From a virus, in the IMG/VR virus record IMGVR_UViG_3300025015_000011, positions 32,001-96,000 of that record: a DNA stretch of 64,000 nt; one strand, 5' to 3'. The translations under genes and the position numbers were made by a program. The notes beneath the pieces are model-generated. The model had not been told where the DNA came from and searched no databases. It saw only the letters and a program-made list of their open reading frames with translations. Shown here in pieces: positions 47,651-57,524 of this stretch. Each line of letters starts with the position of its first letter. Position 1 is the stretch's first letter.

Positions 47651-47681
47651 TTAATCTCCTGAAATCATTTTAAATATTTAT
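47622..47681. repeat. 60-bp direct repeat, copy 2
   Basis: Identical to 45786-45845. Confidence 0.9.
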
Positions 47682-48157
47682 GATAATGGATGCTCGTTAT
47701 ATAAGCAATCTCTATATAATCTTATAGTTCTTCTGACCCAACCCTTGAGATATTTAAGAGAAGTTGGTCTTTTATCAACTATATCTAACATATCTTCAAT
47801 TCTCTCTATAATTAAATCTTTCCAATCAGGATACTGTTTAAGATTAGAAAGAGCTGCACTTACTCCAGAATGATAAGCATTATCACATACAATTATATTT
47901 AAAGGGTAATTTAATTTATCACATCCAGCTTTTTTCCAATAATCAGTTTCAAATATAAGTTTAGCATCTTCAATTTTTAAATTTTTTATATCTAACATAG
48001 GATAAGCTCTAGCAGAAATGCCAAATTTAGTACCTCTGCACTCACCCTTTCCTATATCTCCACCAGACCAATTACCAGGGTCTTTGGGGTCATTTTGAAA
48101 TCCACCTTCTTCACCAACAGTAAATTTAAATGCTTCATCAAACCAATGATTTGACAT
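47678..48157 (-). CDS. Glycoside hydrolase family 108 endolysin
   Basis: EEGGFQNDPKDPG...TKFGIS..YP.LDIKNL...YW...GW..R. Confidence 0.88.
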   Translation of the reverse strand: MSNHWFDEAFKFTVGEEGGFQNDPKDPGNWSGGDIGKGECRGTKFGISARAYPMLDIKNLKIEDAKLIFETDYWKKAGCDKLNYPLNIIVCDNAYHSGVSAALSNLKQYPDWKDLIIERIEDMLDIVDKRPTSLKYLKGWVRRTIRLYRDCLYNEHPLS

Positions 48158-48173
48158 TATCTGTATCTCCTAA

Positions 48174-50063
48174 TTAAGCTTTAATTTCTGTTATAGTTAT
48201 TGAAGATGCCATAACACCACCAAATAAGCGAACACCACCAGAACCATTAAATGTTATAGTGGTGGCACCGGCTGGTCCTGCTCTAAATTTGAAAGTAGTG
48301 GGAGAAGTAGTACCTGCTGTCATAATATGTTTTAATGTTAAAGGCATTGGGGCCCCATCCCAACCATTTACTGTATTACCTATACAATTTGCTGCTAAAG
48401 CATTCACATTAGAATCTTGATATAGAGCGCCACCTATTTTATTTGCTGATGCTGCTGATAATTGAGCTTCAATTTCTATAATTATTTTATTTGTAGCTGA
48501 TGTTGGTGTAATAGCCAACGACATAAGCTCAGTGCCTTCTGTATTTGTAGGAATAGAATCATCAATAGGCATAACAGTTGCACCAGTATTAACAGCGCCT
48601 GTCTGATAAGTGATAACTTGTACTATTTCACCAGAATTTGCAGAATTAATAGTACAAATCCAATATGTTCCATCAAAAATACAATTCAACCTATCATTGA
48701 CCTGTCCTAAATAATCTTGATTATTATTTCCCTTTAAATTAGTTCCTGTAAAATCTATAGTAGTATTATTATCAGTAAAAATTACTGATATTTCCTGGCC
48801 AATAATACCATCATCAAACATTGTAATAGTAGTGGGTGCAGTACTTTGAGTTTTAAATGTTTGTTTTCTTGCACCAAAAGCAACGGAAGGTGTAGCATCA
48901 TTTAGATACAAATTAGGAAATCTAGGGTCTTCTCCTGCCGTAAAGGTATTATATGCAGTATCTTCTATATTATAAGTTCCAAGTTCAACTCTTTTAGAGT
49001 TAGCAAGATTGAATGCTGTATGCCCACCAATATCATCTCCAACAAATCTTAGATGGTTCATTTTAAGACCATCAACATTATTGGTGAATACTGCAGTAGT
49101 ACACTCATACATAGTTAAATCTTCAAGTCTTAAATTATGAATATTATAAGACGAGGTTGTTGTAGCACTTATACCTCTGATAGAAGTATTTTCTATTAAA
49201 GAATTTTCTATTAAAACTTCTCTATAAAAATCTTTTATTCTTATACCATAATCATGATTACCAGCTGCACACTGTCTTATAGTCATATTACCACCACGAT
49301 TGCTCATATCATCAAAGAGGAACCCGGTTCCACTATATTGCGCTAAACAGTTGTCGAAAGTGATATGGGTCGTGTGTACCGGGTCTGCTGTCGTCGCCCC
49401 GACCTTGAAGCAGGCCTCTCCCTTTTTCCCTGCTCCTGTCGAGCCCATGCGGACATAACAATCTTTATGTAGTATCTGATACGCATGGTCTAATTGTAAT
49501 CCAACTGCAGTAGTTTTGTAGAATCCATAAATTTCTATTTTTTCAAATTCCCATTTCGTGATAAATTCTGCATAAATCCCGCCAAAGGCGTTTGTACTTC
49601 CAGCTCCATCAATAGTTAAATGGGAAATAGTTGTATAGGGTAACCAATCACTAGTTGAACCATCAGCACTTTTTATTACAAAGTCTGTTAGTCCAACAGC
49701 AGCTCTTAATATAGTGTTACCTCTACCAGCACCAAATAAATGTCTGAAACCTCTAACATTTAAAGGAGCTGATATAGTCCATATACCTTTTGGTATGTAG
49801 ATTCTTTGTCCTGCAGTTATCGCTGCCTGAATATATGAAGTATAATCTACTGACCCATCTATTACGTATCCTGAAGGTAAATAATCCTTGAGGTTTACCA
49901 AAGAACTTCCATATAGACTGTAAAGATAATTTACATTCTCTTGAATTTCTTTTGAAGGCTTATTAATAGGTCCGCTAGAACCACTTAAAGCAGTTCCATC
50001 AGTATCTCCAAGAACTAAATCAATTGTTCTAATGCAGTATGGATTTGGTTTTGGTAAAGACAT
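48174..50063 (-). CDS. Beta-helix tailspike/depolymerase with shared anchor
   Basis: Anchor; DGSVDYTSYIQAAI...YIPKG...LFGAG; C-terminal IVQV...ITPTSATNKI...SSITITEIKA. Confidence 0.85.
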   Translation of the reverse strand: MSLPKPNPYCIRTIDLVLGDTDGTALSGSSGPINKPSKEIQENVNYLYSLYGSSLVNLKDYLPSGYVIDGSVDYTSYIQAAITAGQRIYIPKGIWTISAPLNVRGFRHLFGAGRGNTILRAAVGLTDFVIKSADGSTSDWLPYTTISHLTIDGAGSTNAFGGIYAEFITKWEFEKIEIYGFYKTTAVGLQLDHAYQILHKDCYVRMGSTGAGKKGEACFKVGATTADPVHTTHITFDNCLAQYSGTGFLFDDMSNRGGNMTIRQCAAGNHDYGIRIKDFYREVLIENSLIENTSIRGISATTTSSYNIHNLRLEDLTMYECTTAVFTNNVDGLKMNHLRFVGDDIGGHTAFNLANSKRVELGTYNIEDTAYNTFTAGEDPRFPNLYLNDATPSVAFGARKQTFKTQSTAPTTITMFDDGIIGQEISVIFTDNNTTIDFTGTNLKGNNNQDYLGQVNDRLNCIFDGTYWICTINSANSGEIVQVITYQTGAVNTGATVMPIDDSIPTNTEGTELMSLAITPTSATNKIIIEIEAQLSAASANKIGGALYQDSNVNALAANCIGNTVNGWDGAPMPLTLKHIMTAGTTSPTTFKFRAGPAGATTITFNGSGGVRLFGGVMASSITITEIKA

Positions 50064-50073
50064 TTATCCTCTT

Positions 50074-50526
50074 TTAATTGTTAGTAATTATAAAATAACA
50101 TGATAATTCAAAGTACTCAGTTTTCAGTAAAGTATTATCCCAAACTACTCTATTAAATAAAGTACCATCAGCAGAAAATAAGCCAAATTCTTTTATATAA
50201 ATGCCATTTCCTTCAGCAGAACCAACAGTAAAATTGATTCTAACTTGATTATATGCAGGGAAAGTATAATTAAGGATATTACCCTTAAAATGAGTATCAC
50301 CCTGCAAATCAATCATATTTGAAGTAGTTGCTACAACAGAATCGCCTATACCATATTTACTAATTATTTTATTAGAAGTGTTATTACCTACTAATAATTT
50401 ACACACCAATTCTTTACCACTATTGACTATGGTATTAGGAGATTTGAAGGAAAAATCTAACTTTCCTTCTTTAAAAACATCTACGAATAATTGTCCGGTT
50501 AAATTAAAGTTATCTTGTAATCTCAT
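50074..50526 (-). CDS. Baseplate/tail fibre attachment protein
   Basis: NTIVNSGK...GIGDS...EGNG..IKEFGLF...LFNR. Confidence 0.7.
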   Translation of the reverse strand: MRLQDNFNLTGQLFVDVFKEGKLDFSFKSPNTIVNSGKELVCKLLVGNNTSNKIISKYGIGDSVVATTSNMIDLQGDTHFKGNILNYTFPAYNQVRINFTVGSAEGNGIYIKEFGLFSADGTLFNRVVWDNTLLKTEYFELSCYFIITNN

Positions 50527-50534
50527 TATAAAAG

Positions 50535-50542
50535 TATTTATA
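50535..50542 (-). promoter_or_regulatory. T4-type late promoter TATAAATA
   Basis: Exact motif 8 nt upstream of ATG 50526. Confidence 0.5.
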
Positions 50543-52532
50543 ATAAAGGAACTGAATTTAATCCATCGTAAACTTCAGTTCCATCATAATATAAAGGAAT
50601 TTCACCTCCAATAGTATCAGTTTCTTGAGCTGCCCTAAATAATAAAGGATATGCAAATATATCACAGGAGCCATCTGCTGTTTGTGACCCATTAAAATAA
50701 TGGGGGCCACTTTCATTTAGGTTTATACATTGAGTCCCGTCAAAGATTAAATCATCACTATATTGTAGGTCTATACTAAAAGTATCAGATAATGAAAATG
50801 TTTCATCAAAATCCTGTTCTAATATTATGGCTTTAAGTTCAGTATATGCTGGTTTAACTGTTTCTATCAATGATTTTATTGTTGATATAGTATCATTATT
50901 AAAAACAGATGTTATTTTTATATTAAAATAATGAGTTTTGAATAATTTACCATCATATAACACAAATCCATAAAAACTTTGTGGTTTATATACTTCTGCT
51001 CCTATTTGTTTCTTCCATAAATATAATACTTTGTTACTACTATCAGTTATTTTATATTTAGTGGCAAATTCTCCAATTTCAAAATTGTTAGTAAGCATGA
51101 AGTTTTTATATTCATAGGTATCTTCATCATGAAATACTTCTTCATGTTTAATAGTATTGTTTATATAGTCATAAATTCCAATACCATTTTCACTTAAAAA
51201 GAATAAAATAGATTCATCTATTTTCTTTAAAGCTACTAATGATTGTAAAGTTGTTGGTATTTTAAGATAACTATATGTTACAGAATAATCAGAAGCAAAA
51301 GATATTGATAACTTATGTAGTACACCAGAGCTAATGAAAAAGATATAGATATAATTATCAAAGATATTTTCGATTATTGAATTATCTCGGTCTACTAAAG
51401 AAAAATCATAACCACCAGCTGGTATAAGGCTAGAATAAGAAGTGGATGATTTAACTATAATAGGACTGTTGGCAACTGAAAAATCAATTATAAAATATTC
51501 TTTATTTGCTTCACAGAAGAAGACCCAAACATCTTCTTTTAAATTAACAATGGTATTTATCGAATTAGAATTTTCTTTAGTTACCCTTCCAATAATACTG
51601 TAATTGTTTATATCTCTTATTTGAATCTGAGTACCTGTATCTAGTACGATATATTCAATTTCATTTAAAGTGATAGTATCAAACCAAACACAGCCAATGG
51701 AAAAAATAGTTATTTCTGGTTCTAAATGATGGAATGCTTTAAATTCGCTACCATCTATAACAAATACTTTATTGTCATAAATTTTAAACTTTGTAGTATT
51801 GACAGAATAGTGAAACCATAAATGGTTATCATCTTCAAAAAATAATCCATTATTTGTTTGAATAAAATTATAACTATAATCACTTGTTTTATATTCAGTG
51901 ATTTGGGTTATTCCAGAACTTGTACCTAAAGATTCTTCTATTTCTGTTATTATATAATAAGAATCACTGTAAATATAACCAGCATGATAGCTTGAGTCAT
52001 CTTCATAAGTGCCTTCATAGTCAACACCTAATTGAAAGTCTTTTATAAACATATCAGGATTAACTACAAATTCTTCATAGTCTCTTGTCCACACATCTTC
52101 AAGTTGAACAAGTATAGCAATACCATAAAACAATCTGATTATACTTTCAGGTGTTCCTTTAAGTAGATATCTATCAGCAGATTCTTTAACATATAGCCTT
52201 TGCTTTTGTATTAAGACATCATCAAGGGAAAAAGTTAAATCTTCTAAATCTGTTAATCCTAAAAGTAATCCTAACTGATAAACATACCTAGGATGAGCAG
52301 AATTAATATCATATATTTCATATATCTTCTTTAATTTAGTATAGACTATATTAAATATGTCTTCTGTTATATTAAAGAATTTTAAAGAGCGATATTGTTC
52401 TGTACCTAATATTTTTTCAGTGTAAAATTTAGGCAGAAGTTCTAGTATTTTACCATCAAAACTAAAAGGCTTTTTTGTAGAAACAGAATATTCGCCCTTT
52501 GATGTTAATTTAAGGTCTATAGTATCAGTCAT
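50538..52532 (-). CDS. Baseplate wedge protein (gp7/P2 gpI-like)
   Basis: LLPKFY...DINSAH...YLLKGTPESI; C-terminal VKPAYT; follows gp6. Confidence 0.7.
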   Translation of the reverse strand: MTDTIDLKLTSKGEYSVSTKKPFSFDGKILELLPKFYTEKILGTEQYRSLKFFNITEDIFNIVYTKLKKIYEIYDINSAHPRYVYQLGLLLGLTDLEDLTFSLDDVLIQKQRLYVKESADRYLLKGTPESIIRLFYGIAILVQLEDVWTRDYEEFVVNPDMFIKDFQLGVDYEGTYEDDSSYHAGYIYSDSYYIITEIEESLGTSSGITQITEYKTSDYSYNFIQTNNGLFFEDDNHLWFHYSVNTTKFKIYDNKVFVIDGSEFKAFHHLEPEITIFSIGCVWFDTITLNEIEYIVLDTGTQIQIRDINNYSIIGRVTKENSNSINTIVNLKEDVWVFFCEANKEYFIIDFSVANSPIIVKSSTSYSSLIPAGGYDFSLVDRDNSIIENIFDNYIYIFFISSGVLHKLSISFASDYSVTYSYLKIPTTLQSLVALKKIDESILFFLSENGIGIYDYINNTIKHEEVFHDEDTYEYKNFMLTNNFEIGEFATKYKITDSSNKVLYLWKKQIGAEVYKPQSFYGFVLYDGKLFKTHYFNIKITSVFNNDTISTIKSLIETVKPAYTELKAIILEQDFDETFSLSDTFSIDLQYSDDLIFDGTQCINLNESGPHYFNGSQTADGSCDIFAYPLLFRAAQETDTIGGEIPLYYDGTEVYDGLNSVPLL

Positions 52533-54184
52533 TGTAATGTAATTGTAATATCATTTAATTTAGGAAATTCTGTTCCTATTAATTGAATATTAGCATTCGT
52601 AGGGTCAGAAGGACTATCTTCTCTTTGCATTTCTAAATTTATAGACTTTACACCTTCAATACTTTTTAATAAATCAACTAAATCAGAATGTAGTAATAAT
52701 TCCCCTATGCTTCTATTTTCTTTAGTGAAGTAATCTGTTATTACTTCTTTAAGTTTCATTTCAATTTCCGCAATAGTCTTACTAGTTGATGTTTTAGTAT
52801 ATTTTACATCTATATTTACTAGAATGTATTCAGGATCTAAATAAATATGGTTCACAGTAACCATTTTATAGTCAGCCAAGAAAGTATCAATATTATTTCT
52901 TAATGTATTTGTTATATAATCTCCAAATCTTGGAACCATTAATAAGTAAATATTATTAAAATAAATAATATTTTTGGTTTGTTCAGGTCCGTACATTATA
53001 GTATGTGCTTCTGCTTGAGTTAACCCTGCATTGAGTAATAAAGTTTCTAGCTCAATTAGTTCTTCTTCGGACAATCTTTCATTTAGTTGTGATTCGCTAG
53101 AAATTAAATCTTTATAATTTAAAGCTTTTACTGCATAAATATATTCATTAAAATTAGAAGTGATAATATCTTCATAATCCTGCTTTGTCACTGCCCTATT
53201 TTGAGTTCTATAAAAAGCAGGAGCATACTGTCTGAGTTGGTCTTCTGATTCTGGATTCAGTCCACCAGTAGCCTGTTCTGACTGGGTTATGGTAAACTTT
53301 GACAGTTCGAGGACTATAGAATTAACATCAGAATCTGTTTCTATAATATCATTTTCTAAAGAAGTTATTAATCCTGTATTAATATTACCAAGAGAACCAA
53401 GAGAGCTGATATATCTAATCTTTATTGTATTATCAACAGGCGGAATAGCCCCAAATATACCATCACCAAAAGCTATTTCAACTTTTTTATTTTTATTGAA
53501 TCTTGTAGTATATATTTTAGAGGTAGAATCAGTATTTTTATACATATTATCTACCTGTTCCCATACTACATCATTTACTGTAACTATGATATATTCTTCA
53601 ATTGCATTCTCATCTGTTATAATAAATTTTTGAAATGCAGAACCATCTGAAACAAATGATACTTCATCACCAATATTTGTAGGATTCCCTTGCACAAGCG
53701 GAATATCAAATGCTATTGATTGACCACTTAAAGGAGCCGATAAAGAACTTGTATCTATAACAAAAACAGCATCAATAGGATTGGTGAAATATATAACATC
53801 ACCATCAGCAGATGGTTCAGAACAAAGGAATCTACTAAATTTAGGAATAGTTATTTTATAATTATCTTTATTTGTTAAATTATACTCTGCACTTTTAGAT
53901 GTTAAAGTAATATCAACAGTAGATGATTTATAACCCCCAGGCTTATAACCCACTAATTCAGACAATTTATTTAAATTTTCATATAATGAAGCGGTTTGTA
54001 TAAAAGATTCATTGGCTATCATATTAGTATAGTAACCAAAAATATCACCAACATAAGATATTAATTCAAGAAGTGTGTTGATATGAGCACCAGAAAAATT
54101 ATAATCTTTCCAGCTTTCTTCTTGTGAAAGTTTGGCAATAAGGGCTTCCTTAATAGCTAAAAAATCATATGCAGTATAGTTCAT
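52529..54184 (-). CDS. Baseplate wedge subunit (T4 gp6-like)
   Basis: DFLAIK, DYNFSG, NESFIQTA, LVGYKP, FGDGIFG, GG..PES, QNRAVT..DY. Confidence 0.92.
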   Translation of the reverse strand: MNYTAYDFLAIKEALIAKLSQEESWKDYNFSGAHINTLLELISYVGDIFGYYTNMIANESFIQTASLYENLNKLSELVGYKPGGYKSSTVDITLTSKSAEYNLTNKDNYKITIPKFSRFLCSEPSADGDVIYFTNPIDAVFVIDTSSLSAPLSGQSIAFDIPLVQGNPTNIGDEVSFVSDGSAFQKFIITDENAIEEYIIVTVNDVVWEQVDNMYKNTDSTSKIYTTRFNKNKKVEIAFGDGIFGAIPPVDNTIKIRYISSLGSLGNINTGLITSLENDIIETDSDVNSIVLELSKFTITQSEQATGGLNPESEDQLRQYAPAFYRTQNRAVTKQDYEDIITSNFNEYIYAVKALNYKDLISSESQLNERLSEEELIELETLLLNAGLTQAEAHTIMYGPEQTKNIIYFNNIYLLMVPRFGDYITNTLRNNIDTFLADYKMVTVNHIYLDPEYILVNIDVKYTKTSTSKTIAEIEMKLKEVITDYFTKENRSIGELLLHSDLVDLLKSIEGVKSINLEMQREDSPSDPTNANIQLIGTEFPKLNDITITLQ

Positions 54185-54188
54185 TTAA

Positions 54189-54575
54189 TTATACTTTCTC
54201 CAGAATTAATGAAATTGTGCCACTCTTTTGAGTGTTTAAAATTTGATACTCCATAAATAGTTCATAACCAGAAATATCATAATTTACATTAATTGATATT
54301 TCAGTCAGTTTGATTCTCTCCCATTCCCATCTTGTTAAAGCAAATTTAAGTTCATCAATAATAGCTGAAGCAGTTTGTGTATCTAAAGGCTCAAATAATA
54401 AATTTTGTAAATTAGTACCATATTCTGGATTGCATAATCTTTCACCTTTCATAGTAAAGAAAAGTGAAGTAAGAGATTGATTTATGGCAGTGTCATTTGT
54501 CACTGCTAAAACATCATTTGAACTAGAAACTTTTCTATATTTAAAATCAAGGTCAGAGTAAATTATATCTGCCAT
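54189..54575 (-). CDS. Baseplate protein (T4 gp25-like)
   Basis: YSDLD...AINQSL...T.KGER..PEYG..L...LFEP. Confidence 0.92.
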   Translation of the reverse strand: MADIIYSDLDFKYRKVSSSNDVLAVTNDTAINQSLTSLFFTMKGERLCNPEYGTNLQNLLFEPLDTQTASAIIDELKFALTRWEWERIKLTEISINVNYDISGYELFMEYQILNTQKSGTISLILEKV

Positions 54576-55078
54576 TATTCTATCCTAAAATAGTTATAAG
54601 CAAAGGTAGCATTAACAAGTACATCATCAGCATTATCTGAAACATACGTAAATGGTATTTCTGAAAGGTTGACTGGGAAAGCATCAAAAAAGGTTATGAT
54701 AGCTTTAGGGTTCTTTTTATTTGTTAATATATGCAGGGATATATCTGCTTTAGTCCTCTCATTTAAACCGAACCTTGATGGGTCTTTAGCAGCAATAATC
54801 CAATTATATATGAATTTATAGTTAGTAAAAGGTTCATTCAAAGCATAAGTAATAGTGAAGTTTTCAAAAGTAATATTCTTTGATGGTTGTTTAAAATCAA
54901 GAAACTGAGATGGAAGGATGGTTAGTTCCATACTGACCTGAGGTAGATTAACCCCTTTGCAGTATAATAGAACCTGGTCACCTCTTTCTTTTTCTGCACC
55001 AATCTCAAGGAAAGGTAAAAAAGGAAAAAGTAACTTATAGTTTGTTTCTTGTGCAGTACTAAGGTTTAAGGTAGAAAT
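54575..55078 (-). CDS. Tail tube terminator (T4 gp3-like), probable ATT start at 55078
   Basis: Frame open 49 codons upstream of the listed ATG (AQETNYKL...VNLPQ); IYNWI, LHILTN, PVNLSEIPF, ATFAYNYF. Confidence 0.82.
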   Translation of the reverse strand: MSTLNLSTAQETNYKLLFPFLPFLEIGAEKERGDQVLLYCKGVNLPQVSMELTILPSQFLDFKQPSKNITFENFTITYALNEPFTNYKFIYNWIIAAKDPSRFGLNERTKADISLHILTNKKNPKAIITFFDAFPVNLSEIPFTYVSDNADDVLVNATFAYNYFRIE

Positions 55079-55080
55079 GG

Positions 55081-55129
55081 TAAAACTCCTTCACTATTTA
55101 AAATATTTATAATAAGTGAAGGAGTTTTA
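55081..55129 (-). promoter_or_regulatory. RBS-sequestering hairpin with late promoter in loop
   Basis: 15-bp perfect inverted repeat TAAAACTCCTTCACT/AGTGAAGGAGTTTTA; TATAAATA (- strand) at 55104-55111. Confidence 0.8.
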
Positions 55130-55131
55130 GA

Positions 55132-55509
55132 CTAAAACTTTATATCTTCTGGTGGTTTTGGTTCAAACTGACTACAATATCCCTTTCTCATAACATATTT
55201 ATTCGCCATTGGACAGAAAAGGTCTGTCCCCATACTATATGGATATGCACAATTACCGCAGACCTTTCCTGAAACAGGTCTATTAATATCTGGGTCTTCC
55301 TGACTTGATGGAACTTCTGTAGATTTTGTTCTCAATATTTTATCTGGTTCAGCATAAAAGATTTCAGTTTCTATTGTAATTTTGACAAGAGAAGGGACTT
55401 TAATTGATATTTTAATTTTTGAGTTATTGTCAATATTTAACCCATTTTTAATCAACTCAATAAATTCTTCACTTGTGAGTTCTATTCTCTTAGATTCTTT
55501 GATGTTCAT
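55132..55509 (-). CDS. Hypothetical protein with C-terminal Cys cluster
   Basis: CGNC...C...C. Confidence 0.65.
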   Translation of the reverse strand: MNIKESKRIELTSEEFIELIKNGLNIDNNSKIKISIKVPSLVKITIETEIFYAEPDKILRTKSTEVPSSQEDPDINRPVSGKVCGNCAYPYSMGTDLFCPMANKYVMRKGYCSQFEPKPPEDIKF

Positions 55510-55516
55510 CTTTTAC

Positions 55517-55777
55517 TCAGCTTTCTTTATGTGTTATTTGTATTGAAAGAACTCTGTTAAATTCTGTTGTAATTTCTTCTATATTTTCTATTGGCTGATC
55601 CTTCCAACGATTTCCAGAATGAAGGGAAATCATTAAATAATCATCAAAGGCAGTTTGAGCTAAGATATAAACATCTCCACCATCTTTTTCTTGCCACAAA
55701 GAACCACGATGTTCATCAAGGTTAACACGAGGTACCGGTAATGATTTAATGATTTCTATTTCATTGAAAATTTCCAT
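55517..55777 (-). CDS. Hypothetical protein
   Basis: GGAG RBS. Confidence 0.65.
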   Translation of the reverse strand: MEIFNEIEIIKSLPVPRVNLDEHRGSLWQEKDGGDVYILAQTAFDDYLMISLHSGNRWKDQPIENIEEITTEFNRVLSIQITHKES

Positions 55778-55778
55778 T

Positions 55779-57128
55779 TTACTCCTCCTTATACTGTTTT
55801 ATTTTATTTAAAAGATAATCACTGTTATTCTTTTCTGGATCTTCAAGGACTTCTTCAAATAAAGCCTTGAGAACTTGCCCCACTTCAGGGCCCGGAGAGA
55901 TATTGAGCACTTCCATAACGTCATTTCCACAGACCTTTAAATCAGCAATCTTGAAAGCAGCATCTTCCTCAAGTATTTTTTGGAATCTCTGTTTTAGTTT
56001 AGTATCAGCAATGTTAAGTTCAGATACAGATTTCTTGCCATTTCCAACTCTATCACCATATTTTAAAATACATAGAGCATCTACGTGCTCTAGACCTAAA
56101 GAAGATACAAATCTTCTGATAGCAGAGTCCTTCATATCATCTGAACATTTGAACATATGGTGAGACACCAAATTCAGGATATAGTTAGAATCATCATTAC
56201 TGAATTTCATCCTTCTCATGATTTTATCTGCTATTTTAACAGACTCTAACTCGTGTGTATGGAAAGTATAATCACCATTTTCAAATTTCCTTGAAGGGAC
56301 TTTTCCTAAATCATGAAAAAGAGTGGCCCATCTGATTAATGGATATTCCTTTGGTATAGCATTTAGAGCATGAATGGTATGCCAAAAGACATCATATTTA
56401 TGGTGTTTATTTTGCTCAAATCCATAAGTCTCAGAAAGTTCTGGCATAATTTTATCCAGGTTCACTGTGGCACTTAAACAGGCTATCATTGTACCTGGTT
56501 TATCTGCTTTAGCAAAACATTTATCAAATTCAGCTTTTATTCTTTCTATAGAAACAATCTTTTCCCAAGGATGAACAGATGCCTCCCATAATGCTTCTAT
56601 TGTCTGGTCTTCTATTTCAAAATTTAAAGTAGCCTTAAATCTATAAGCTCTGAGCATCCTGAGATAGTCTTCTTTAAACCTATCCACAGGGCACCCAACA
56701 GAGCGTATCTTCTTGTTTCCTATGTCAGCAATGCCATTGTATGGGTCAATGTAAGAACCATTGAGTACATCAAAGGCTAACGCATTTATGGTAAAGTCTC
56801 TCCTACTTAAATCTTCTTCAATAGAATCAGCATATTCAACAGTGGCATTTCTACCATCACATGAAACGTCTTTTCTGAAAGTAGTTATTTCATATGGGAA
56901 GGTATCATACAAAACAGTAACAGTCCCATGAGCAATACCAGTAGGAAGGACTTTATATCCTAATTTATTAAATATATCAAAGACTTCTTCTGGTGTAGCT
57001 TTAGTTGCTATATCAATATCACCTGAAGGTACTTTAAGGATAGTATCTCTTACCCATCCCCCAACAATATAAGAAGGGAATCCTTTGCTGTGAAGGATTT
57101 TTATTATTTCATAAGACCCAGATATCAT
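55779..57128 (-). CDS. cca: CCA-adding tRNA nucleotidyltransferase with HD domain
   Basis: VGGWVRD, DIDIAT, EITTFR, DLSRRDFTINA, EDYLRMLR, ERI..E, HDLGK, PGPEVG. Confidence 0.92.
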   Translation of the reverse strand: MISGSYEIIKILHSKGFPSYIVGGWVRDTILKVPSGDIDIATKATPEEVFDIFNKLGYKVLPTGIAHGTVTVLYDTFPYEITTFRKDVSCDGRNATVEYADSIEEDLSRRDFTINALAFDVLNGSYIDPYNGIADIGNKKIRSVGCPVDRFKEDYLRMLRAYRFKATLNFEIEDQTIEALWEASVHPWEKIVSIERIKAEFDKCFAKADKPGTMIACLSATVNLDKIMPELSETYGFEQNKHHKYDVFWHTIHALNAIPKEYPLIRWATLFHDLGKVPSRKFENGDYTFHTHELESVKIADKIMRRMKFSNDDSNYILNLVSHHMFKCSDDMKDSAIRRFVSSLGLEHVDALCILKYGDRVGNGKKSVSELNIADTKLKQRFQKILEEDAAFKIADLKVCGNDVMEVLNISPGPEVGQVLKALFEEVLEDPEKNNSDYLLNKIKQYKEE

Positions 57129-57460
57129 TTCTTACCTTCAAATTTCTTCTTAAGTCTCTCAAATTCTGCAAATTCCTTTGCTTCTTTCTCGAATTTAGCA
57201 TTTTTGTTAGCTAATGCAATTTTTTTCTTTTTCTCTATTCTCTTATTATATTCAGCATCAGTTTCAAATCTAGTCCCAATTAAAGCTAAGTCCCAATTAT
57301 CACTAAATTTATCTTGGCGATTTTCAATTGAAAGATTAACATAACCCTTTTCATGGTATTCTTTAGAAAGTTCCTGTAAAGAAACTATTAAATCTTCAAG
57401 TTTCTTATCTCCAAAGTCCAAACAAGAAATTAAATCCTCTGATATTAATTTCCTTATCAT
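57125..57460 (-). CDS. Hypothetical protein
   Basis: R.ETDAEY..R...E..EFERLKKKF motif. Confidence 0.7.
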   Translation of the reverse strand: MIRKLISEDLISCLDFGDKKLEDLIVSLQELSKEYHEKGYVNLSIENRQDKFSDNWDLALIGTRFETDAEYNKRIEKKKKIALANKNAKFEKEAKEFAEFERLKKKFEGKK

Positions 57461-57489
57461 TTATATCACCTCATTCATTTGATATAATG

Positions 57490-57517
57490 ATTATATCAAA
57501 AAGGAATTGTTTGTCAA
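57490..57517 (-). promoter_or_regulatory. Sigma70-type promoter upstream of the cca operon
   Basis: TTGACA-16nt-TATAAT with extended -10 TG on the - strand. Confidence 0.65.
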
Positions 57518-57524
57518 GAATAAT

